Shown one piece after another: positions 44,557-54,143 of a stretch of 63,880 nt of DNA. This DNA comes from a virus (Duplodnaviria > Caudoviricetes): positions 1 through 63,880 of the IMG/VR virus record IMGVR_UViG_3300022833_000010; one strand, given 5' to 3'. The position numbers and the translations under genes were made by a program. The notes below the pieces were generated by a model. That model ran no database searches and had not been told where the DNA came from. It saw only the letters and a list, made by a program, of their open reading frames with translations. The first letter of the stretch is position 1. Each line of letters opens with the position of its first letter.

Positions 44557-44632
44557 TGGTTCTGCAACGAAGGTTCGAACTCCGGACATCTTCATTACAA
44601 GTGAAGTACTCTACCAACTGAGTTATTGCAGC
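44557..44632 (-). tRNA. tRNA-Thr (TGT)
   Basis: Cloverleaf, loop CT-TGT-AA, CCA; G1-A72 mismatch. Confidence 0.88.
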
Positions 44633-44675
44633 GTAAGACACCCTTGTAAAATTATATCAAGGGTGCCTTTTATTT

Positions 44676-44756
44676 TGGTGTTAGTTATGGAATCGAACCA
44701 AGCTTCTCATTGATGTGACGCCTGTGACATCGTTTGAGACCGCGACCTGCTCTAAC
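44676..44756 (-). ncRNA. tRNA-like RNA lacking canonical D and anticodon arms
   Basis: GTTAG/CTAAC acceptor plus ACCA, GGTTCGATTCC T-loop, long interrupted hairpin in place of an anticodon arm. Confidence 0.55.
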
Positions 44757-46331
44757 TTACATATCTTCCATTGTGACCTGTGATTCCTGTGAGTTAGGAT
44801 TTGCTACTAAAGGATCAGTTTGAATTGACTTTGTAGCTTCTTCATCATTATAGTCAGCTGGAAGAAAATCATTAAACTTAGCAATTGTAACGAAAGTATT
44901 ACGATCAATAACGCCGGACTGATACCACTCAGCTACCAAGCGCATTGCGCCTTCACCACCAACAGTAGCAGCAAAGTCAGAAGAAAGTTGAAACTCAACA
45001 TCATTACCTGTCAAGTCAGTATCATACTTCCAGTTTATCATAAAAGCAATAATCTCTTGCATAGTACCGGAAATCTTAGCGTTAAGAGTACCTAGCTGTG
45101 CAGTTTGAGAAGCGTTACGAATCTCTAAAGCAATACCTGAAGCAGCTTGTTCTGGGGACAACATTCGAATACCCATCTTAGCCATTTCACCAACTGTAGC
45201 TTCGATAGCCCGATCCATGTCTGCAAGCGCACCAGTAGGTGTTTCTAAAACAGTAATAGATTCATCTTTACGAACTCGTAGCCAAGAACCTAGACCTGCA
45301 TCACAGAGCTTGTCAAATTCTTCATCTGTCATATCAGATTGAACAATTGGTGTGTAAGTGGCAGCGCCCATCAAAAGGTGATTACGGCGAGATACTTTAT
45401 TGTAAAGAGCAACTTCTCTGTCAATCAAAGGCATAAGTACAGGCTCTACGGCATCTAGTTGACCATTAAGCGGCCAAGCTGGAATTCGAGTTAATCGTTT
45501 ACCAAACTTCATAGGAAACTTGGTGTCATACTTAGAAAAACCACCATCAGCAGAGTCAGCATATTCTTGAGAAATTTCTCCGTTGAGTGCTTCTACTTGC
45601 TGACCGCCTCCTGATTTTTTGTAATAATCAAGAACTAAAAGACCTTCTTTGTCAAGATAGTGATCACAAACAGTATCAACATAATTAGGGTGCCAAGGGT
45701 TATCAGAATTATATTCTTCAGAAATGTATCTAGTGACTATTCGACTGAGAGTTTTGACTCTTGTAACAGGATGAGTATTTAACTGTACGTTAATGACATT
45801 CTCTGCTTTAATCAAAACAGGATAAGGTGCAATCATGTTTCTAACTTCAGGATCCATGTTTTCTAATTCTTCATCAGATACCGTTGGTCGGTCAACATAA
45901 ACCCAAGCACGAGAAGTTTGAAGCTCTTCCCAAATAGCAGCATCTAAGAAGTTAAACAAAGAAGCACCGTCTAAAGTAATGTCTTTTGTCAACCAGTTTT
46001 TTGCACTATCATCAATAAAATCAGGAAGTTCTAAAGAAGAAGGTTTACGCAGTAATGCGCTAATCAAAACCCTTGCATACTGAGTAGTCAAACCCGGAAG
46101 TTCAGCTTCAGCTTTATAAAAGTCATACTGTGCAGTAGTCATACTTGGAGAGAAGGGTAGAAGCAAGTTACTGTAATCGTGCTTTAGCAAGTCATCATGT
46201 GCTTTAGCATTAGCTTCTCCTTGGAGAATTGCGCGTGCCTTCTTCCAAAGTGGTTTCATAGACAAGTAAGCTGCAGAAGGCGTTTCTACTCCACGTTTAG
46301 TTGTATTAGCTGCTGTTTTAATTAGAGCCAT
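44757..46331 (-). CDS. Portal protein (DUF4055-like)
   Basis: 524 aa; Y..Y.AEA..PG.T, L.LDG.SL..F, RAWVYVD.P, PY...AENVIN. Confidence 0.88.
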   Translation of the reverse strand: MALIKTAANTTKRGVETPSAAYLSMKPLWKKARAILQGEANAKAHDDLLKHDYSNLLLPFSPSMTTAQYDFYKAEAELPGLTTQYARVLISALLRKPSSLELPDFIDDSAKNWLTKDITLDGASLFNFLDAAIWEELQTSRAWVYVDRPTVSDEELENMDPEVRNMIAPYPVLIKAENVINVQLNTHPVTRVKTLSRIVTRYISEEYNSDNPWHPNYVDTVCDHYLDKEGLLVLDYYKKSGGGQQVEALNGEISQEYADSADGGFSKYDTKFPMKFGKRLTRIPAWPLNGQLDAVEPVLMPLIDREVALYNKVSRRNHLLMGAATYTPIVQSDMTDEEFDKLCDAGLGSWLRVRKDESITVLETPTGALADMDRAIEATVGEMAKMGIRMLSPEQAASGIALEIRNASQTAQLGTLNAKISGTMQEIIAFMINWKYDTDLTGNDVEFQLSSDFAATVGGEGAMRLVAEWYQSGVIDRNTFVTIAKFNDFLPADYNDEEATKSIQTDPLVANPNSQESQVTMEDM

Positions 46332-46388
46332 TATTTACCTCATTATCTGGTTAACAGGCAATAAAGCCCTTCTAGTTGTTTTGTTTTG

Positions 46389-46470
46389 TTAAGTATATTT
46401 AAAGACAAACATAATCACTATTATACCTTTAGATATACTTAAACTATATCTTTAGATATACTTAAACTAT
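46389..46470. repeat. AT-rich iteron-like repeats
   Basis: CTTTAGATATACTTAAACTAT at 46427-46447 and 46450-46470; inverted 16-bp copy (1 mismatch) at 46389-46404. Confidence 0.7.
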
Positions 46471-46493
46471 CCCTTTAATTAGGGACACCTACT

Positions 46494-46513
46494 ATCATTA
46501 TTTGCGGGTATTT
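46494..46513 (-). promoter_or_regulatory. Phage RNAP promoter, class M/L, copy 4
   Basis: Perfect 20-mer upstream of the portal. Confidence 0.8.
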
Positions 46514-46625
46514 ATTCTTGATAGAAATAAGGTCGTCAGGGTGAGAATTAACCCACCCTAACTAGATGTATTCCGGTCATCTTGAAGACAGAGAAGCTGT
46601 CAGACTTGAGAGCCTGCTTCACTGT

Positions 46626-46645
46626 ATCATTATTTGCGGGTATTT
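46626..46645 (-). promoter_or_regulatory. Phage RNAP promoter, class M/L, copy 5
   Basis: Perfect 20-mer right after the endolysin stop, 132 bp upstream of copy 4. Confidence 0.8.
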
Positions 46646-46646
46646 A

Positions 46647-47162
46647 TTATTTAGGGATTTCGTAGTGAGGTCCGTCAATAAATGCTCGTCTACCCTGCTG
46701 CCTTTTCATTTCAATATAGGCGTCATGAGACTCTTTACCTGTATGTTCATCAAGGTAGAACGGCCAACCACCACCCCAACGAACACCTAGCTTTGTCTGC
46801 TTACAAGCCTTAGCGAAAGCGTCCGCAATAGTAATGTAGTGTTCAAGATCCCAAGACACCTTACCATTCTCATACGCAACAACGTCAATCGCCATGCCAT
46901 CTTGATGGCGAGAGCGACGAACTTGTGTTTTACCTTGTGCAAGTAACTGGTTTTGTTCGTGTTGAGAACGTAGACCACAAGTAATACCAAAGTCAATAGG
47001 GCTAAGCGGTAAGGCAAGACGTGCAACTTCAATAAGACGTGCATCTACGTCTAGCATTTTCATTTCAGAACGATTACCAAAATGCCAATCATAAGTTTTC
47101 AATTTAGCCTCCTTCTTAGCTTTTACTTCAGGTTTATCCTTAAACATTTTAGTTGTCTTCAT
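46647..47162 (-). CDS. Endolysin, M15 L-Ala-D-Glu peptidase family
   Basis: DFGITCGLRS..EQ, SRH.DG.AID, VRWGG.W, DGPHYE. Confidence 0.9.
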   Translation of the reverse strand: MKTTKMFKDKPEVKAKKEAKLKTYDWHFGNRSEMKMLDVDARLIEVARLALPLSPIDFGITCGLRSQHEQNQLLAQGKTQVRRSRHQDGMAIDVVAYENGKVSWDLEHYITIADAFAKACKQTKLGVRWGGGWPFYLDEHTGKESHDAYIEMKRQQGRRAFIDGPHYEIPK

Positions 47163-47560
47163 TTAGGATTACTCCATTTCTCTATCATTTTCTCACCAGA
47201 GCGACCTACAACATAACCACCCACGCCGATTTGAAGTAGACTCCAAAGTTCTTCGGGAAGGTCAATCATAAGTTCAACTCCGAACATCAGCCCCATTAGT
47301 GGGAAGATGAGATAATTCATTGCTACAATAGAAACAATAACCATCATAAGTAGTGGACGCCATGTGGCAGTCAACCAGCTGTCTGATTTTGTTTCGCTAA
47401 GTACAATACTACCTCGAATAGATTCAAGAGAGTCTGTGTGATCTAGCAGAGCTAGTTTTACTTCTTTGTCAATGTCTTTAGCCTTGTCTGCGTCAGGGAT
47501 TATCTTCTTAACTAAATCCCCAACGATAGGTGCTAAAAGAGTAATAATTGATACTGACAT
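47159..47560 (-). CDS. Holin, GTA 3TM family
   Basis: E.KS.SWL.ATWRPLL ... LW.LL.IG.GGY..GRS.EK. Confidence 0.85.
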   Translation of the reverse strand: MSVSIITLLAPIVGDLVKKIIPDADKAKDIDKEVKLALLDHTDSLESIRGSIVLSETKSDSWLTATWRPLLMMVIVSIVAMNYLIFPLMGLMFGVELMIDLPEELWSLLQIGVGGYVVGRSGEKMIEKWSNPK

Positions 47561-47561
47561 T

Positions 47562-48119
47562 TTATTTCTCCAATAATTCTTTTAATTCATTAATTTGGTC
47601 TTGTTGTTCTTTTAAAGCCTCAATAAGAAGGCCGACGATGTTACCATAAGATACAGATTTTATACCTTGAGCGTCCGTTGAAACAACCTCTGGAATAACT
47701 TCTTCCACTTCTTGCGCAACTACACCGATCTTACGAACACCCTCCATAGTGTAAGACACACCACGTAGGTTAATAACCTTTTCAAGAGGGTTCAAGATTG
47801 TTTTAATGTTTTCTTTTAAACGTTCATCTGAAGTTGTGTTAACATTTGTAGCTGTTACCAGATTAGCAGCAATGTTATCTACTGACATGTCCACGCTACC
47901 TGCTTTCAAGGTAAACAAAGACTTCCAGCCAGTACGATAGATCTTCAAAATAGGATTAGAACCTGCAGTGTCTAGCCAGAACTTACCTGCAAACAAATCT
48001 TCTGTTGGTGCAGTATTACCAGAGTGGCAAGTATTAATTGCAGCTAAACCTGCATTTAGATCAGCTGTGTAGGCGGTACCTGTTTGGTCCGCGCTAATAG
48101 TTAGTGTTGTCGTTGACAT
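47562..48119 (-). CDS. Short tail fibre protein with peptidase S74 chaperone domain
   Basis: SDERLKENI, G.VAQEVE...PE.V, V.YG....LLIEALKE. Confidence 0.85.
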   Translation of the reverse strand: MSTTTLTISADQTGTAYTADLNAGLAAINTCHSGNTAPTEDLFAGKFWLDTAGSNPILKIYRTGWKSLFTLKAGSVDMSVDNIAANLVTATNVNTTSDERLKENIKTILNPLEKVINLRGVSYTMEGVRKIGVVAQEVEEVIPEVVSTDAQGIKSVSYGNIVGLLIEALKEQQDQINELKELLEK

Positions 48120-48129
48120 TTAAGACTCC

Positions 48130-51100
48130 TTATTGTCCAATTGCTTGCCAGTCTATATCTCTAGAGACCCTGCTTCCAGAATTATAAATCGAGTAAACAA
48201 ACCCAACTTTGTTTCTAGAAATTATGATGATTTCATCACCTTGAGAACCTCCAATAACCATCATGCCGATACTAGGGGAGTTTGTTCCGCCAGAACCTCC
48301 ATAAAACGGAGTACCAAATGTAACTGTAACATCTTCAGATACGCTGCTGTTTGAAGAACCTACCTTAACAATATCCTTCTTATCAACAATTATTGATAGC
48401 TCGGAAAGAGTAATCTTGATGTTTGAGTTTCTAGCAACACCTACAAAATTAAATCTTAAGGCTCTGCAAGTAAAACTACCTACTGTCAATAACTCGTAAC
48501 TAGTCCAAACTGGACTTCCAGAAGGGTCATCTTTTGTAGTAGATACTTGAACACGTAAGTCTGCATCTTGCAACGTACCACCAAAGTTAGGGGTATTTTG
48601 TACAGAATCATAACCTGAAACAAAATCAGTTCTAGATATAACAGAAGCCACTACAGAAGGGTATATCCTAACAGTAACTATCTCGCCCAAGTCAACATAG
48701 TTGTTGAATTCGTAGGTCATCTCTGTTTCATTTTCATCTAAAGTCAACAAAGTACCGTCAGTAGAACAGTTAGACTTTGCACCTAAAAATCCCGGACCGC
48801 TTTCGTCAGAAGTTTCAATTTGATTAAAACTTGAATCTTGGAAAGTGCTAGTAAATACTGCAGCGTTAGTAGAATAAATACCAGAAGAATCTTTAAACTT
48901 GATAAAGAAAGTCCCTTTTAATGTAGGTACTGTTTTGTTGTTAGTATTACCTGATAAAGAATCTACAAGCACAGAAGAAGTATCCCAAGAAGCAGAAGAG
49001 TCTGTAGCAATGTGAAAACGAATTTCACAACTACCACCATAAACAACATCTAAGTCTGGAGACAACTTCCAAGCTAAGTTAATTTGCCCCTCATTAATGT
49101 TACCATTAAAATTTTCAGGAGTAGAAGGTGGGGAAGATAACCCGACCATTAACTTTTGGAAGTTGAAAGAGGAACCTGCAAAACCATAAGTACTATAGGG
49201 TGTTACTCTTAAGTCATACAACGCATGTCTTACATCTGGTATAGTCACCTTTTGGCTAGCTGTCGTACCTAACGTTTCATACTCACTATCTGATGCCAGC
49301 TTGTACTCTACTAGATAGTAAGCAGAATTAATACCGCTGTTGTCTGGAACCCAATTAAGCAAAGCTCTAGATTTTACACCTGATGCGTTGTTAGTAATAT
49401 AAATTTCTTCGAATACTCCTAAACTCAGAAGAGCTTCTGGTGACTTTACTAGGGTTTGAGCTAGTAAGAACACGGAAGAAACCTCTTCACCTAGCGGCGT
49501 CTTTGCCCTAACTTTAAAATCGTAAACAGCGTGACTACTCAAAGAATTCAACTTTTGAAAACTAACAGACTTGTTCGTGGTAGTAGCCAGTGCAGTATAA
49601 TCACTATCAGTATCTTTTTTGTAAAATACTTCATAAGTATAATTACCATTACCCGCGTCGTCTTCATAGTCCCAAGTTAATTTACCTAAATCTAATACTT
49701 CTAGATCTTCTATACTAATTGAAAAGTTAGTAATCGGGTTTACAACTTCAGTAGAAACATTTGAAGCAGGGTAAGGCACTTCATCGTTAATATTCCAAGC
49801 GAGAGTTCTAAAGTCAAAGTAATAAGCATCTACTGATACTGACAAGTCCGAATTGATCTGAATACTTTCTATTCTATAAACAGTAGGGTCAACGTCCAGA
49901 GCTTCCGAAGAAAGAATAAAGAAATCTCCCGGCTCCATAAGGATAGCCGCCCTAGAGAGAGTAACAGATATTTGATGTAAAGATCTACTTAGACGAACTA
50001 AACCTTCAGCCTTTGCCATTGCATGGTAAGGGTCGGTAACACCAATAGGTGTAATAGAAGACTTCAAGTCTTGATAGTTATCTTCTTCAATATAAATATT
50101 GTAAGCATCACTACCTACACGGGGCCAACTTACCGAGTCAGATTTAAAGTCATTAAACGAGTTTGGAAATTGAACTGTTACCTGATTAAACTTATCTTCG
50201 GCGTTAGGCCAGCTCATTGAAAAATCAGATTTAATAATATGGTCATCCGAAAATACGTGAGAAGCATCTACTAAGCCGTTTTCTACAGAAGGTTGTTCAG
50301 AAGGATAAGCAAGATTAAGCTTGTAAGACCCACCAGACCAGATTAGAGTAGCTTGCCCCATTGTTTCAAGTATTTGAGTAACGTTGTCTCTAACTGGGTT
50401 TGCAGTATCTACAATATGGTTTATCTCATAAAGTCTAATATCTGTCACACCAGAACCACCTGATACTTTTCCGTCTTTAGTAGCACCCTTCATAACAATT
50501 GTATCACAAGCTACCTTAGCTTTGTAGAAAGAAGGCAGGTCAATGCTTTGTACAGTTAGACCTCTACCGTAAGAAGAACTCATAAGGTAATCTAAAAGAA
50601 CTCTGGCAGGGTTGTTACTGTAAGTCTTTGTAGCAGAAAGCCCGTACAAACCGTTGTTTTCTTCAATATCGTATACTTTTTGACCTTCAACGAAGAATTC
50701 TAAATTAGGAATACCTGCACCATATTGAGGATCGTCTCTGTTTACTTTAAACACACAAGAAGCCATAAACGTTTCTGTAAAGATGTTTGTAGACTTAGTG
50801 AAGTTAGCAGTAGACGCTTTGTCTTCACCACCGTTCTGATAAGTGTTTATCCGAAGACTGCTATTGTAATCACTATCTGACCAGCGTTTACCGTCGACGT
50901 TAATATCAATTACGCGAGAAACACCTGCAAAGGCAATAGCATGTTGTGTAAACAAGAATTCATTCTTACTACCGCTTTGACTAGAACCCAAACCTTTGGC
51001 AAACACTTGCGTGCTAACATCAATGTTACTTTGCCTGCGAACTGCAAACCTGTAACTACTATTGCTAATTCTATGTTCATCGCCTACAAAGTAAGTAGAA

Positions 51101-51663
51101 GTGCCTTCTTCGAAAGCATTAGTACTATCTCTTAAGGATTCAAAGCTAGTAGACAAAAAGGAGCCTGACGATAGTGTCAAGTTTTCAACATCTTTAGTAA
51201 TCGTTTGAATAACAACACCGGAGAATACAACTTTTGTGATTACTTTAGTTATATTCACAATGTCTTTTCCTGATTGACCTTCTTCAGAAAGATCTTGGCC
51301 TGTGGTACCTTCTACAACAATCTCTACATAGTTTGCCCCATCGTATGCAAACCCAGAGGCAGGAGAGTAGTTACTTGCCACGTAACCGCTTGCGGCTTTG
51401 TATTTGTAACTGTCTTTTGTTTTGTAGTCAGTTATAACAGAGCCGATTTTATTTCTACCATAAATAACAGGTAAGTTAGCTGCTGTGTCTTTCTTAGTTC
51501 CTTCAAAACCCTTTCGAGCTTCTGCCGCTTTAGCTGCTGCTTTCTTTTGTTTGTTAGCAGAGTATAGTTGGTAGCCGATTGAAAGTACAGTTGTTACTAT
51601 TGTAAAAGTGCTTGCTGCGGCAATCGCTGTACCAATCGCTATAGCTGCGGTTACAAGTACCAT
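48130..51663 (-). CDS. Tail tip / host-specificity (central fibre, lambda J-like) protein with FN3 domains
   Basis: LPVIYG, V.GQKVYD, SNNPA..LLDY...YG.G, FN3-like repeats; start revised to 51663. Confidence 0.85.
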   Translation of the reverse strand: MVLVTAAIAIGTAIAAASTFTIVTTVLSIGYQLYSANKQKKAAAKAAEARKGFEGTKKDTAANLPVIYGRNKIGSVITDYKTKDSYKYKAASGYVASNYSPASGFAYDGANYVEIVVEGTTGQDLSEEGQSGKDIVNITKVITKVVFSGVVIQTITKDVENLTLSSGSFLSTSFESLRDSTNAFEEGTSTYFVGDEHRISNSSYRFAVRRQSNIDVSTQVFAKGLGSSQSGSKNEFLFTQHAIAFAGVSRVIDINVDGKRWSDSDYNSSLRINTYQNGGEDKASTANFTKSTNIFTETFMASCVFKVNRDDPQYGAGIPNLEFFVEGQKVYDIEENNGLYGLSATKTYSNNPARVLLDYLMSSSYGRGLTVQSIDLPSFYKAKVACDTIVMKGATKDGKVSGGSGVTDIRLYEINHIVDTANPVRDNVTQILETMGQATLIWSGGSYKLNLAYPSEQPSVENGLVDASHVFSDDHIIKSDFSMSWPNAEDKFNQVTVQFPNSFNDFKSDSVSWPRVGSDAYNIYIEEDNYQDLKSSITPIGVTDPYHAMAKAEGLVRLSRSLHQISVTLSRAAILMEPGDFFILSSEALDVDPTVYRIESIQINSDLSVSVDAYYFDFRTLAWNINDEVPYPASNVSTEVVNPITNFSISIEDLEVLDLGKLTWDYEDDAGNGNYTYEVFYKKDTDSDYTALATTTNKSVSFQKLNSLSSHAVYDFKVRAKTPLGEEVSSVFLLAQTLVKSPEALLSLGVFEEIYITNNASGVKSRALLNWVPDNSGINSAYYLVEYKLASDSEYETLGTTASQKVTIPDVRHALYDLRVTPYSTYGFAGSSFNFQKLMVGLSSPPSTPENFNGNINEGQINLAWKLSPDLDVVYGGSCEIRFHIATDSSASWDTSSVLVDSLSGNTNNKTVPTLKGTFFIKFKDSSGIYSTNAAVFTSTFQDSSFNQIETSDESGPGFLGAKSNCSTDGTLLTLDENETEMTYEFNNYVDLGEIVTVRIYPSVVASVISRTDFVSGYDSVQNTPNFGGTLQDADLRVQVSTTKDDPSGSPVWTSYELLTVGSFTCRALRFNFVGVARNSNIKITLSELSIIVDKKDIVKVGSSNSSVSEDVTVTFGTPFYGGSGGTNSPSIGMMVIGGSQGDEIIIISRNKVGFVYSIYNSGSRVSRDIDWQAIGQ

Positions 51664-52226
51664 TAGGATTTCCCCCACTTAAATTTAGATTCATTATTCT
51701 CAATTACTCTATCAAAAGAAGTATCTTCGGTGTTATACTGATTCATACCGTCTTCAGAAGTAAATAAAGTTTTAGTCAAACCGAGGTCAGCCATAGGCGA
51801 AGCACAGGAGATATTCACTGTTGATTCTTCAAAGTCAGAGCTAAAGGAGGTTTCGTCGATGTACCCTTGATAGGCAGTAATCATATTTTCTGCTTCTAAG
51901 TTAGGTGTATTGTCTGAATTAAAAAATCCGTTTCTAACCCTAACATAGCTGGAAGCAGAACCAGATTGTAACTTTTTCTTCAAAAAACCAGAAGGATCTG
52001 CAAAAGAAAAGGCAAACTTTTCCTTATCTACTACTGAGGATTGTGCTGGCGGTGAGTAGTCTACAATACCAACGTCCGACACAAAGACCTTACTACCAAT
52101 AGTCACGGAAAAAGGTAGAGTAGTTACGTACAAAGAAAACCCATCTAGCTCTATTTCAATTAAAGCGTAATAGTTTAGTACGTCTGAAAGAATCTTACTT
52201 TCTACGAAAGCGTTAACATTTCTCAT
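51663..52226 (-). CDS. Minor tail (hub) protein
   Basis: Position; Y.GYID ... I.C.SP..DL ... D.SF ... KWG. Confidence 0.65.
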   Translation of the reverse strand: MRNVNAFVESKILSDVLNYYALIEIELDGFSLYVTTLPFSVTIGSKVFVSDVGIVDYSPPAQSSVVDKEKFAFSFADPSGFLKKKLQSGSASSYVRVRNGFFNSDNTPNLEAENMITAYQGYIDETSFSSDFEESTVNISCASPMADLGLTKTLFTSEDGMNQYNTEDTSFDRVIENNESKFKWGKS

Positions 52227-52690
52227 TGATTTACCCTCGCACAAAATTTGAGATTTTTCTTTATAAATTTAGTAGTAAGAACTTCATATTTTTCTAAATT
52301 AGAAGAAGACTTCCACTGATTATGGGCAACTTTAATAGCTACGGACCAGTAATTAGAATTATTATCATAAGTAAATACAGCAACATCGCCAAGAACAGTA
52401 TCTTCAATTTCTAAACTATTCCAGCCGTTATCATTAAATAAGACTAAAGGAGAAGACAGTTTTAACTTATTATGTAAAGTGTCCATCCAATCTTCTTGGG
52501 AGTTGTACCCTTTGAATAAGTTCTTAAGTGTATAGTCGTTGTTTCTTAAAAAGTTATCGTACTCACAGAACAAGGTCCAACAATCAGAAATACCATAAGC
52601 ATATCCAATCCTAGTTCTTTTAATTCTGTTTATCTTTTTGACTGCTTTAATAATAGCAGTAGTTTTTTCTTCTTGATTAAAACTATTCAT
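52223..52690 (-). CDS. NlpC/P60-like tail assembly protein
   Basis: Y.YG.SDC..L ... GD.AV. Confidence 0.6.
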   Translation of the reverse strand: MNSFNQEEKTTAIIKAVKKINRIKRTRIGYAYGISDCWTLFCEYDNFLRNNDYTLKNLFKGYNSQEDWMDTLHNKLKLSSPLVLFNDNGWNSLEIEDTVLGDVAVFTYDNNSNYWSVAIKVAHNQWKSSSNLEKYEVLTTKFIKKNLKFCARVNQ

Positions 52691-52695
52691 TATGA

Positions 52696-53304
52696 TTAAA
52701 CAACCTCTTTTACTGTTAAAGAACCAATACTAGCAAGGATACCGTCATTGTAAGTAATCCCTGTTAAAGAGTCTCCATCACGACGATAGTTCAGAATAGG
52801 CTTTGGGTCGCTGTTTAGAGGACTTGCAAATCTTACTACGGTGTTGCTATTGACTGTTACTCTTAAATTAGGATAAAAAACTAAATCTTCTTCTTCAGAA
52901 GACCAGTCTTGCTTTGTAATGTATATTTTTGTGTGGTTGGAGAACTGAATAAAAGAACCTTTCGGAAGAAGACCACCAGAGGAATTAGTGACTCTAACTT
53001 CTGAAGAACCTTTGTTTAAGTTTTGGCTCGTGTTTAAAGGCCCGCTTAGAGTAGTAGCATCTTCAACACTTTTCAATTGCGGCATAATCATAGTTTTAAC
53101 TGTAAACTCATTCTCGATCATAGCAAGAAAAATATCAGCTTCGTTATTGTTAGCTACAATTCCAAAAGTTAAATCCCAACGATGCGCATCTGTTTTATGA
53201 ATTAACATTTTTAAATTTGCTGTTTCCGAGGAAATAACAACATCGTTGGAAGTGAAAGTAAGTGGGGCGAGGATAGGGCTTCCCTCAAAATAATATTTAG
53301 ACAT
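52696..53304 (-). CDS. Putative distal tail protein
   Basis: Position; RW.L.F, G.FIQF.NH.K.Y, FYP.LR. Confidence 0.55.
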   Translation of the reverse strand: MSKYYFEGSPILAPLTFTSNDVVISSETANLKMLIHKTDAHRWDLTFGIVANNNEADIFLAMIENEFTVKTMIMPQLKSVEDATTLSGPLNTSQNLNKGSSEVRVTNSSGGLLPKGSFIQFSNHTKIYITKQDWSSEEEDLVFYPNLRVTVNSNTVVRFASPLNSDPKPILNYRRDGDSLTGITYNDGILASIGSLTVKEVV

Positions 53305-53315
53305 AGTAGTCTCCT

Positions 53316-53340
53316 TTATAAAGACGGGGAAGCCCCAGTC
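53316..53340 (-). terminator. Hairpin after phoH
   Basis: GACTGGGG-CTT-CCCCGTC-TTTATA. Confidence 0.5.
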
Positions 53341-53347
53341 ACTCTGA

Positions 53348-54073
53348 TTAGATTTTTTCTTCGATAAACATTCGAACTAGATCTGCGACAATATCTGAAC
53401 GAACAATGTCTTCTACTTCAAACTCAATAACAGGAACTTTTAAGTTGTGCTTGTTACACAAACGTGCGAATTGAAGAAGGTCTCGACCATTACGCACATC
53501 GGATTGAGCAGGATCACCCATGAACACAAGTTTAGAGTTTTCTCCAATACGAGTACTAACTGCTTTCAACTCGTCCATGTCAAGGTTTTGAGACTCATCG
53601 ACAAGCACCAAGGCATTCTCGTAAGAACGTCCACGGATTGTTTCAATAGGCTGAATCTCAATTTGCTCTTTGTTTAGCATGTACTCGTACTTCCCGCTAC
53701 CAAAAGCCTTTTTCAAGACATCTAGCATTGGCATAAGCCACGGTGTCATCTTCTCACCTACATTTCCGGGGAAACTTCCGAGAGACTTACCTGTTGGGAC
53801 GTTAGCACGAGTGATTACAATTTTCTTGTAACCGCCTTTTAAAAACAACTTAGCTGCAGTACCTACAGAACAGTAAGTCTTACCTGTACCCGCACAACCA
53901 ATAGCAACAGTAATCACTGAGCTTTCAATTGAGTGTATAAGGAAGTCTTGTTTTTCGTTCTTCGGTAGCACGTTAAAGTTGCTAACCTTAGTATCTTGAT
54001 ACATATTATTATTCTGCTGATCACGTTCATAAATAGGTTTTTGACGTGACTTGCGAAGTTTTTGCTTAGACAT
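53348..54073 (-). CDS. phoH: PhoH-family ATPase
   Basis: G.AGTGKT, LG.FPG...EK..PW, RGRS..N...VDESQN, GDP.QSD, DIVRS. Confidence 0.95.
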   Translation of the reverse strand: MSKQKLRKSRQKPIYERDQQNNNMYQDTKVSNFNVLPKNEKQDFLIHSIESSVITVAIGCAGTGKTYCSVGTAAKLFLKGGYKKIVITRANVPTGKSLGSFPGNVGEKMTPWLMPMLDVLKKAFGSGKYEYMLNKEQIEIQPIETIRGRSYENALVLVDESQNLDMDELKAVSTRIGENSKLVFMGDPAQSDVRNGRDLLQFARLCNKHNLKVPVIEFEVEDIVRSDIVADLVRMFIEEKI

Positions 54074-54143
54074 AGGTTAAGTTTTCCTTAGAAAAGGTTT
54101 AAGTTTATGATAAGTTGTTGTAGTGAAATCTTTAAAATAGTTA

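Noticed and set aside
44441-44713. 90-aa plus-strand ORF
   Set aside because: It is the antisense of the tRNA cluster
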